From assembly GCA_031316235.1 (NCBI GenBank), contig JALDRA010000001.1:450001-482000 (forward strand): a stretch of 32,000 nt of DNA, written 5' to 3'. This document shows positions 9,569-16,825 of this stretch, piece by piece (positions within the stretch are counted from its first letter, which is position 1; each line of letters opens with the position of its first letter). This stretch comes from Candidatus Scalindua sp. (GTDB lineage Bacteria; Planctomycetota; Brocadiia; Brocadiales; Scalinduaceae). Below the pieces are notes generated by a model that saw nothing but the letters and a program-made list of their open reading frames with translations, had not been told where the DNA came from and ran no database searches. The translations under genes were made by a program, and so were the position numbers.

Positions 9569-11212
9569 ATGAATAAAAAGCTATTGTTCAGTTTATCTCT
9601 ACTATTTCTTCTCTTGTACATGGTACCGCTCAATGTACGCCCTGTTAACACACCGGACGAGACTCGATACGGAGAAATCTCCCGGGAAATGCTGATTACC
9701 GGAGACTTTATTGTTCCCCGGTTGAACGGGCTGAGATATTTTGAAAAACCGGTCCTTGGATACTGGCTGAATGCCGCATCCATGGCTCTGTTCAGCGATA
9801 ATGGTTTTGCTGTTCGTTTCCCATCTGCTCTTGCGGTTGGGCTTACCGCCATGATAATATTTTTACTTGTTCGTCGCTTTCATGGATACGATAAAACCGC
9901 ATTGTTGTCCGCCTTCATCTATATAACATTTATTGTTGTATACGGTGTTGGCACCTTATGCGTGATGGACAGCCTGCTGACTTTTTTCCTGACCGCAGCG
10001 ATGGGCTGTTTTTTTGTTGCCAGCACCAACACGACTGTGAGGAATCGAAACGTGTGGTTATTGCTCTGCGGGGTTTTCTGCGGTGCGGCTTTTCTGACAA
10101 AAGGTTTCCTCGCATTTGCCCTGCTGACGTTGACGGTGATTCCATTCCTGTTGTGGAATAGACGCGGAAGGGATATGTTCACCCTATTGTGGCTTCCTCT
10201 CCTCGCCGCCGTGGCTGTTTCGCTTCCCTGGTGCCTGATGATTGCCTCGCGTGAGCCAGATTTCTGGCGCTATTTTTTCTGGAACGAACATGTACAGCGC
10301 TTTCTCTCGGCAGACTCCAGCATGCATGCTCAGCCGTTCTGGTCCTTGATTCCGGTCTTCCTTGCCGGTGCGTTTCCCTGGATACTGGTCACTCCCATGG
10401 CTATTAGCCAATATAAACGTGAACTTCTCCGTAAACCGCTGATTCGTTTCTCTCTCTGCTGGATGGCTTTTTCGCTGGTGTTCTTTTCGGCTTCTTCAGG
10501 CAAACTAATTGCATATATTCTACCCTGTTTTCCTCCACTGGCAGTGCTTATTGCAATTGGTCTTACCGAATATTTCCGGAGTGGCAGCAAAAGAATGTTC
10601 CACTATTGTACCGTTTTGTCGATTATCATAACGGGCCTGATGGTTACTGCATTGCTTCTCATCGCGTTTACGCCTGCTCTGCACTGGAGGATTTACGGCA
10701 CAGAAGAGGGGCATAAACTGTGGTATTGCGTCTTCGGGGCGGTGTTGTGCCTTGTGATTATGATTAAGACTGTGCGGACACAGGACAGGCTGTGGAAAAC
10801 GGCTACACATGGACTCTCAGCCACCGCCATAATGCTGGTATTTCCTTTCGCTGTGCCGGTAGATAATTTTACCCATGCTGGAATGACAACTTTTCTGGAT
10901 TCTCAGAAAGATCACATAACTACGGATACATTCCTGATATCGGATTACCGAACAGTGCAGGCTGTCTGTTATACTTATAAACGTAAAGACGCCTATCTTT
11001 TTCTCAACAGCGGTGAACTCAGTTACGGGGTGTCCTATCCGGACAGCTCCTGCCGTTCCATCGATACTACCGGCCTGAAAAACCTTCTGCACGAGCGCAA
11101 CCGCCAGGTAGCAATTATCATAAAGGAAACCACGAAGTTAAGAGCCAATCTACCCTGGCCAGAGCCAATATATCAAACTATCTGGAAAGACTACTGGTTT
11201 GCGATATACTAA
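9569..11212 (+). CDS. arnT: Undecaprenyl-phosphate-L-Ara4N:lipid A 4-amino-4-deoxy-L-arabinosyltransferase (ArnT, GT-C/GT83)
   Basis: 547-aa polytopic protein, colinear with E. coli ArnT as I recall it: PDETRYGEISREML (Ec PDETRYAEISREML), LRYFEKPVLGYW (Ec LRYFEKPIAGYW), REPDFWRYFFWNEHVQRF (Ec REPNFWHYFFWVEHIQRF), GELSYGVSYPD (Ec GELKYGLNYPD). Confidence 0.9.
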   Translation: MNKKLLFSLSLLFLLLYMVPLNVRPVNTPDETRYGEISREMLITGDFIVPRLNGLRYFEKPVLGYWLNAASMALFSDNGFAVRFPSALAVGLTAMIIFLLVRRFHGYDKTALLSAFIYITFIVVYGVGTLCVMDSLLTFFLTAAMGCFFVASTNTTVRNRNVWLLLCGVFCGAAFLTKGFLAFALLTLTVIPFLLWNRRGRDMFTLLWLPLLAAVAVSLPWCLMIASREPDFWRYFFWNEHVQRFLSADSSMHAQPFWSLIPVFLAGAFPWILVTPMAISQYKRELLRKPLIRFSLCWMAFSLVFFSASSGKLIAYILPCFPPLAVLIAIGLTEYFRSGSKRMFHYCTVLSIIITGLMVTALLLIAFTPALHWRIYGTEEGHKLWYCVFGAVLCLVIMIKTVRTQDRLWKTATHGLSATAIMLVFPFAVPVDNFTHAGMTTFLDSQKDHITTDTFLISDYRTVQAVCYTYKRKDAYLFLNSGELSYGVSYPDSSCRSIDTTGLKNLLHERNRQVAIIIKETTKLRANLPWPEPIYQTIWKDYWFAIY

Positions 11213-11317
11213 AACCTATTTGGTTTTCGGTTTTACCGGAAACCAAATCCTGGTGAAGGTATACTCGCTCAATTTTATCCCGGATTTAATCCGAAATCCA
11301 GTATGAGATGAGTATAT
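11204..11317 (-). repeat. MITE-like intergenic repeat, copy A (inverted relative to copies B and C)
   Basis: 114 bp. Its reverse complement aligns end to end with 26836-26950 and 21526-21666. It has 7-bp terminal inverted repeats (ATATACT...AGTATAT) and two internal hairpins. Its left terminus (ATATACTAA) contains the last two sense codons and the stop codon of arnT. Confidence 0.8.
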
Positions 11318-11347
11318 ATTAATCAGAACACCGAAAAATATCCGAAG

Positions 11348-11402
11348 CATTACTATTTTTTAATCTATTCTTCATTATGACTTAATGTTTGTTTGTTATA
11401 AT
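11348..11402 (+). promoter_or_regulatory. Phased 4-hexamer module plus -10 box upstream of the cmoA-like gene
   Basis: H1 11348 CATTAC, H2 11359 TTTAAT, H3 11370 CTTCAT, H4 11381 CTTAAT, a 10-nt spacer, then a perfect TATAAT at 11397-11402. It lies about 68 nt upstream of ATG 11470. Confidence 0.55.
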
Positions 11403-11469
11403 GCTCATTTACGGTATGCAGAAGTAGAGGTTTTCTCCTCTCATACATAATTTTTATGCACTGATAGCG

Positions 11470-12216
11470 ATGAATAAAGATACAATTTTTGCAGATAAGA
11501 AAAATAGCATGTCTGACTTTAATTTTGGAAAGGAGACTGCGGCGGTATTTGATGATATGCTTGAAAGATCTGTCCCTTTCTATAACGAAATACAGAGGAT
11601 GTTATGCGAAATAGCGGTGGATTTTGCGGCGGACGGCACTCATGTCTATGATTTAGGGTGCTCCACAGGTACCACCCTTTTAAATATCTGTAAGGCGGTA
11701 AAAAAAGATGTCAGATATATCGGGATAGATTATTCACAAGACATGCTGAACAGGTGCAGAGTAAGGTTTTCTGAAAGCAAGGTAACAAAAGAATACTCTC
11801 TTACCTGCATGGACTTAAACAATGGGATTAATATCACAAACGCATCTGTTGTCATTATGAATCTGACACTGCAGTTTGTGCGTCCTTTGCACAGGGACCA
11901 TATAATAAAGAATATTTATAACGGTTTGTGTGAAAACGGCTGTTTAATCCTCATTGAAAAAGTGCTGGGCAACAACTCTGACTTTAACAGGATGTTCATA
12001 AAATACTACTATGAGATGAAGAAAAGAAATGGATATACTGAACTGGAGATATCACAAAAGAGAGAGGCGTTAGAAAATATTCTCATACCATACCGGTTAG
12101 ATGAGAACAGGGACCTCTTAAAAAAAGCAGGTTTTGACCACTGCGATACGTTCTTCAAATGGTATAACTTTTGTGGTCTGGTAGCATTGAAAAGCAGTTT
12201 GCACTCTCAAAAATAA
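11470..12216 (+). CDS. cmoA: CmoA-like class I SAM-dependent enzyme (carboxy-S-adenosyl-L-methionine synthase homologue)
   Basis: 248 aa, colinear with E. coli CmoA as I recall it: FDDMLERSVPFYNEI (Ec FPDMIQRSVPGYSNI), VYDLGCSTG (Ec VYDLGCSLG), NASVVIMNLTLQF (Ec NASMVVLNFTLQF), NGYTELEISQKREALENI (Ec NGYSELEISQKRSMLENV), KKAGFDH...YNFCGLVALK (Ec HKAGFEH...FNFGSLVALK). No cmoB-like gene is present in the window. Confidence 0.7.
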   Translation: MNKDTIFADKKNSMSDFNFGKETAAVFDDMLERSVPFYNEIQRMLCEIAVDFAADGTHVYDLGCSTGTTLLNICKAVKKDVRYIGIDYSQDMLNRCRVRFSESKVTKEYSLTCMDLNNGINITNASVVIMNLTLQFVRPLHRDHIIKNIYNGLCENGCLILIEKVLGNNSDFNRMFIKYYYEMKKRNGYTELEISQKREALENILIPYRLDENRDLLKKAGFDHCDTFFKWYNFCGLVALKSSLHSQK

Positions 12217-12558
12217 TATGTCTGCTACCCAACCTGGACAGGCCAGAACTAAACAGGAGTTAATAAATAACAAATTTCAAATCACAAACTACAAACAAAT
12301 TCCAATATATGAAATAATATACTAACTTGTTTGTTTTAAAAATAGTTCTTGAGATTTTCTTAATATAAAGAGAAACGTTTTTGGCAGACTGGATTTGTTT
12401 GTGCTTCTAAATCATATTGTTTGGACATTTTGAACTTAATTAATTGGAATTTGTTTGTTATTTGGATTTTATTATTTGGTGCTTGTTAGACGTTCTAAAG
12501 AATTTGTTTTAATAATTTTTTTGACAAAATTGGTTAAAATATTCTTATTAAGAGACTA

Positions 12559-13335
12559 ATGAAGAGCATGAGTGAAATTAAAATACCCTACGGTACAGGC
12601 TTTTTCAGAAAGTCTATGATAAATACCGGCAACATTCTGTTTCGATATAGAAATACGATGTTTTTCATGGTTGGAATCATATTGTTCATCAGCACAAAAC
12701 CAGAATTTATCTTTGAGAGTACGTTTTATGACAATTGTATGGATGTTGCCGGCTTTGCCGTAGCTGTAACCGGACAGATATTGAGGGCTTTGGTGATAGG
12801 CAAAGACTACATCAAAAGAGGAGGAAAAGATAATAAGATGATGGCGAACCGGTTAGTGCAGGGAGGCCTCTTTGCCCATTCCCGTAATCCCCTCTACTTT
12901 GGGAATATCTTGATTATCATTGGCCTGGGTATCATCTATAATTCAGTCTTGGGATATATTACTTCGTATAGTTTCTTCGTCTTTGGATATTTGGCCATTG
13001 TTATGGCTGAGGAAGATTTTCTGAGAACAAAGTTTGGTGTGGAGTACGAGGAATATTGTAAGAGGGTGCCCAGATTTATTCCACGATTTGCCGGAATCAG
13101 AAATACACTGAGTAATGGAGGTTTCGACTGGTTACGTTTCCTAAGGAAGGAATACAACATGATTTGCATATGGGTCGGTAGCGCTATCATTTTAAGGATA
13201 TGGGCAGAGATTCTCCATTTCGGATACGCCGCCAGGAAAAGGGACATATTGGTCATGTCTATATGCCTTATTCCGATTTTAATTTTTTACTGTGTAACAC
13301 GTTATTTGAAAAAAAATAAAAAACTTTCCACGTAG
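12559..13335 (+). CDS. ICMT/PEMT-family integral-membrane methyltransferase (Ste14/LmtA-like)
   Basis: 258-aa protein with multiple TM segments. It carries the family signature LVQGGLFAHSRNPLYFGNILIIIGL followed by AEEDFLRTKFGVEYEEYCKRVPRFIP. Confidence 0.75.
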   Translation: MKSMSEIKIPYGTGFFRKSMINTGNILFRYRNTMFFMVGIILFISTKPEFIFESTFYDNCMDVAGFAVAVTGQILRALVIGKDYIKRGGKDNKMMANRLVQGGLFAHSRNPLYFGNILIIIGLGIIYNSVLGYITSYSFFVFGYLAIVMAEEDFLRTKFGVEYEEYCKRVPRFIPRFAGIRNTLSNGGFDWLRFLRKEYNMICIWVGSAIILRIWAEILHFGYAARKRDILVMSICLIPILIFYCVTRYLKKNKKLST

Positions 13336-13483
13336 GTCCTGCCTGCTCGTCATAATACCAAATTTACTGGTTAATTTTTCGACTGTTATCTCTTATCCTT
13401 CCTGTCACGGAAGAAACATCCACCTGTATTTGTTATAGGTAAGAAGTGGGAGTTTTTCACTCGGTACCAATTAAATTTAAAAA

Positions 13484-14449
13484 ATGAAACAATACAAAAA
13501 ACTCCTGCTCTTATTTTTAACTATAATAATTCTTAGTTGTATTCTTGCTCCTCTCGTAAAAATACCTCTGGATTTTATGTTAGAAAAAGGAGAATTTTTT
13601 GCAGATAGTGTGGACTATGAAAATGGCACATATGATTTTGGCAAGGTAATGAGGCGACTATTAATGCTCGCTGCATTGATAGTGTTTGTGATTTTAAGAA
13701 AGTCTCTGAAAATTTACCCCCTAATGGCTTTAGGCATGAAGCAGAGGTCTGGATGTTTCAGGAAATTTCTTTTTGGCTTCCTAATGGCCATAATTTCGCT
13801 GCTAATTTACTACTCTCTTGCACTGTTTTTCGGTGCATGGATAGTTCACATAGATTATCATTTAGTTGGAATTGTAATATCTAAAATTATCAAATATCTT
13901 TTAGTCGGCTGTCTTATAGGTCTCATTGAAGAGATATTTTTTAGAGGTTTTGTCTTGCAATTCTTTATGAAGGACATGTCCGTAGCAATTGCCGTATGTG
14001 CAACCAGCGCGATTTACTCTGTTCTTCACTTTTTCCAGTCTGAAGTTCTTGTTACCAGAGGGTTTCAGCCATTTGTCGGTTTAATCACTATGTCACATTT
14101 TTTTAAACCTCTTTTTCTTCAATTCATAGAAAACCTGTCTTCAATCATTGGCCTTTTTTTGGTTGGTGTGGTGCTTTCTTATGCATTTCTTCTATCAAAA
14201 TCATTATACCTTTCTATAGGCTTGCACTCAGGATGGGTATTCATGATGAAGGCTGACAGCCTCTTCCTTGTTCGGGTTCGAGAGAAGTATGAGTGGGTTT
14301 TTGGTAATAGTAATCAGTTAGTGACAGGTTTTATTGTATGGGCTTCTCTGATATACGTCTTGTTTATAATAAAGAAGGTTTATCGTAATACTCATAATTC
14401 CGGAGCATATCTCAAATCATCCGATTCAGGCCAGAATTCTTTCAGATGA
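13484..14449 (+). CDS. CPBP-family intramembrane glutamic endopeptidase (CAAX protease / Abi family)
   Basis: 321-aa polytopic protein. Motif 1 is LIEEIFFRGF (EExxxR), motif 2 is SAIYSVLHFF (FxxxH) and motif 3 is IGLHSGWVF (H-containing helix). Confidence 0.75.
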   Translation: MKQYKKLLLLFLTIIILSCILAPLVKIPLDFMLEKGEFFADSVDYENGTYDFGKVMRRLLMLAALIVFVILRKSLKIYPLMALGMKQRSGCFRKFLFGFLMAIISLLIYYSLALFFGAWIVHIDYHLVGIVISKIIKYLLVGCLIGLIEEIFFRGFVLQFFMKDMSVAIAVCATSAIYSVLHFFQSEVLVTRGFQPFVGLITMSHFFKPLFLQFIENLSSIIGLFLVGVVLSYAFLLSKSLYLSIGLHSGWVFMMKADSLFLVRVREKYEWVFGNSNQLVTGFIVWASLIYVLFIIKKVYRNTHNSGAYLKSSDSGQNSFR

Positions 14450-14517
14450 AACACATCTGACGCAAACTTAATTTCGTCAACAACAAGTCTTCTTGTTTAT
14501 CCGCAAAAAAACATCTC

Positions 14518-14572
14518 CATTAACATTTCCTCATCTCCCATTCATCATAACTTAATTTTTAATTGGTATAGT
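14518..14572 (+). promoter_or_regulatory. Phased 4-hexamer module plus -10 box upstream of GT-C paralogue 2
   Basis: H1 14518 CATTAA, H2 14529 CCTCAT, H3 14540 ATTCAT, H4 14551 CTTAAT, a 10-nt spacer, then TATAGT at 14567-14572. It lies about 44 nt upstream of ATG 14616. Confidence 0.55.
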
Positions 14573-14615
14573 ATGAAACTTATTTAACCTATTGATTTAT
14601 TCCTGTTTCTAGTAA

Positions 14616-16406
14616 ATGGCAAAACTTCAATCTATCTGTCCTGACAAGCGAAGCAGAGATCTTGTTATTCTGTTCGTAGGTGGTTTACTCGTGTATTTTA
14701 TGAACATTGGTTCCCTTCCGTTATCTCATTCCGAAGACCGTTGGGGTGAGATTGCAAGGGAAATGGAGCTTTCAAATAATTGGTATACCCCGACGATAAA
14801 TGGAGAAATTTATTGGGACAAACCAATCTTATCTTATTGGGCGATCCTTGGCGTTAAAAAGATCATCGGGAGTCCTCAGCTCAGCGAATGGATAATTCGT
14901 TTTCCGACTCTTCTGGCCAGCTTCCTCATTCCATTCCTTATGTATGATCTTACCTCTTTTTTCTTTAACCGCAAGATTGGTCTAACCGGCGCTTTGATAA
15001 TCTTAACATCCTTTCAAATGTATCAGATTGGACGTGTGGCATCCTCGGACATGTTGAACCTGCTACTTTTTCTGACATCACTTTGGATCTATTTTAAGAC
15101 CGTTCAGAAAAACCGTGGTTTCTGGTGGTGGTTGCTGCTGGGCTTTATTATAGGAGTCAATTGCCATATCAAAGGGTTGATTGGAGTGCTTCCGTATCTG
15201 GTTATCTTGAGTCACAGGATTTTCAGCCATGGTTTCAAATCTCTCTCCCGGGAATTCTTATTCCGTTTTTCTCTAAGTACCTTCCTGGCAGGGACTATTT
15301 ATCTGGGTATGTGGTGCTGGATACTTGGAGATGTAATCAATACAATAAGCGGAATATATACCTATCTGATCTCTGGTTCGGCGGATGCTCTACCTTTACC
15401 GTTACGCATGGTTATACAGGAAAATCTAAACAGAGTTGCTACTGATTCAATAGACCATAAGAATCCTCCATGGATTTATCTGGAAGCGCCCTTCTCTTTT
15501 CTATTTCCCTGGTCTCTCTTTTTACCGGGTGCATTGGTCACATGGTGGCGGGACAGAAAAATGACAAAGGATAAAAAAGAACCATTCGGGATCTGGTTTT
15601 TTTCTCTCCTCATCTTTTTCTCCTTAATGTCTTCAAGAAGGCCGTATTATCTTTTACCGGCCATACCAGCTGCTGCGGTTCTTATTGCCGTGCATATCCA
15701 TCTGCTGATTAAATGTGATGAAACCAGCGGCATATCCGGCAACTTAAGAAAAAGAAGTGTGTTCATATACGGACTTTTACTGACATGTCTGGTTTTCACT
15801 ATGGGAGCCTTGCTTATTTTTGTTTCCGGTTCTGTTCCTGAGAGACTCAATTCTGTCTATTTGTATCCGTCGGGCATAGCTTCTTTTGTTATTGGAGGAA
15901 CGCTTTTGGTTGTTGCCGTAAAGAAGAGTTTTTCTACGGTAATTAATACCTTCACCGTTTTTTTAATTCTTCTTATTATTGTCGTAAACTTAAGTCTTCC
16001 GGATATCGGAAATAATTCTACTTTCAGAGAATTTACGAAAATAGTGAATGAGAAAACTTTAAACAAAAGAGTTGTTCTTTTTCTAGTAGATAACGCCAAA
16101 CTTATATACGGACTGGAGCATCCACCTTATCCATGTGTTCCTTCTGAGGTAAATGCATCTCCGGAAGAGTCAGTGAGACAACTTGTCGAAGAAACTGCTC
16201 CTGGTGATTTTGTTTTGTTAGAAAAGAGAAACCTTTCCCTTCTTTCAAGATTGAATTATGAACTCATACTTGAGGAACTACCCAATCCCTCCTACCTGAA
16301 GATGGAATGGAAAAACGGACCAAAAATTATTCCCAACGAAAACCATATCAAGAAGAAAACATTACTCTTATTACGTATTCTTAACCATGACTCCCAAAAG
16401 AAATAG
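14616..16406 (+). CDS. ArnT/PMT-family GT-C glycosyltransferase (paralogue 2, acceptor unknown)
   Basis: 596-aa polytopic protein. The first periplasmic loop, HSEDRWGEIAREMELSNNWYTP...IYWDKPILSYW, reproduces the ArnT/PMT_2 D-E-x-R...E-I-x-R-E and [FW][ED]KP motifs. It has a soluble C-terminal domain of about 130 aa. Confidence 0.8.
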   Translation: MAKLQSICPDKRSRDLVILFVGGLLVYFMNIGSLPLSHSEDRWGEIAREMELSNNWYTPTINGEIYWDKPILSYWAILGVKKIIGSPQLSEWIIRFPTLLASFLIPFLMYDLTSFFFNRKIGLTGALIILTSFQMYQIGRVASSDMLNLLLFLTSLWIYFKTVQKNRGFWWWLLLGFIIGVNCHIKGLIGVLPYLVILSHRIFSHGFKSLSREFLFRFSLSTFLAGTIYLGMWCWILGDVINTISGIYTYLISGSADALPLPLRMVIQENLNRVATDSIDHKNPPWIYLEAPFSFLFPWSLFLPGALVTWWRDRKMTKDKKEPFGIWFFSLLIFFSLMSSRRPYYLLPAIPAAAVLIAVHIHLLIKCDETSGISGNLRKRSVFIYGLLLTCLVFTMGALLIFVSGSVPERLNSVYLYPSGIASFVIGGTLLVVAVKKSFSTVINTFTVFLILLIIVVNLSLPDIGNNSTFREFTKIVNEKTLNKRVVLFLVDNAKLIYGLEHPPYPCVPSEVNASPEESVRQLVEETAPGDFVLLEKRNLSLLSRLNYELILEELPNPSYLKMEWKNGPKIIPNENHIKKKTLLLLRILNHDSQKK

Positions 16407-16419
16407 GAAACTAATTGCC

Positions 16420-16571
16420 ATGAAAAAAAAGGAGTGGTCGGTTTATCTTTCCAGTTTCTTTTGTTGTACATAGCGCCACTGAATGCATGTTTTGTTGCTG
16501 CACCTGATGAAATGCGATACGGAGAGATAGCCCGGGAATTGCCTGAGAGAAAAGCTACACAAATTGATTAA
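16420..16571 (+). pseudogene. Frameshifted 5' remnant of an arnT-type gene
   Basis: ATG 16420 gives MKKKEWSVYLSSFFCCT*. Shifting one frame from about 16449 gives ...FLLLYIAPLNACFVAAPDEMRYGEIARELPERKATQID* (stop 16569-16571). Compare arnT (9569): MNKKLLFSLSLLFLLLYMVPLNVRPVNTPDETRYGEISREML. Only about 45 N-terminal codons survive. Confidence 0.7.
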
Positions 16572-16682
16572 GGTACATCAATTCTGGAGCAATCCTCAAA
16601 TCACCAGGGTTAGCATAAGATTATCATCCCCGCAAACGCTGTATCACCATTCATTTCATACATCCAGGTTACATAAGTTTCA

Positions 16683-16738
16683 CATTAATACAATTTAATT
16701 ACACTATCATCTTCTCTTAATGTTGCTTTTGATAGACT
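16683..16738 (+). promoter_or_regulatory. Phased 4-hexamer module plus -10 box upstream of GT-C paralogue 3
   Basis: H1 16683 CATTAA, H2 16694 TTTAAT, H3 16705 TATCAT, H4 16716 CTTAAT, an 11-nt spacer, then TAGACT at 16733-16738. Confidence 0.5.
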
Positions 16739-16825
16739 CGGAAAATTCATTTTCAGAATTATTGAAAATAGTACCTTCGAGTAATGATATCTTCTTACCT
16801 TCTCAAAGGAGTCAGGGAAAATAGT

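Noticed and set aside
12533-12549. GTTAAA-N5-CTTATT upstream of the ICMT-like gene, considered as a hexamer module
   Set aside because: No upstream in-register hexamers match. The position where a -10 box should lie falls on the start codon.
13348-13392. Possible fifth-class copy of the hexamer module upstream of the CPBP gene (13348 CGTCAT, 13370 GTTAAT, 13387 TATCTC)
   Set aside because: Only two of the four in-register hexamers resemble the consensus and the -10 box is poor.
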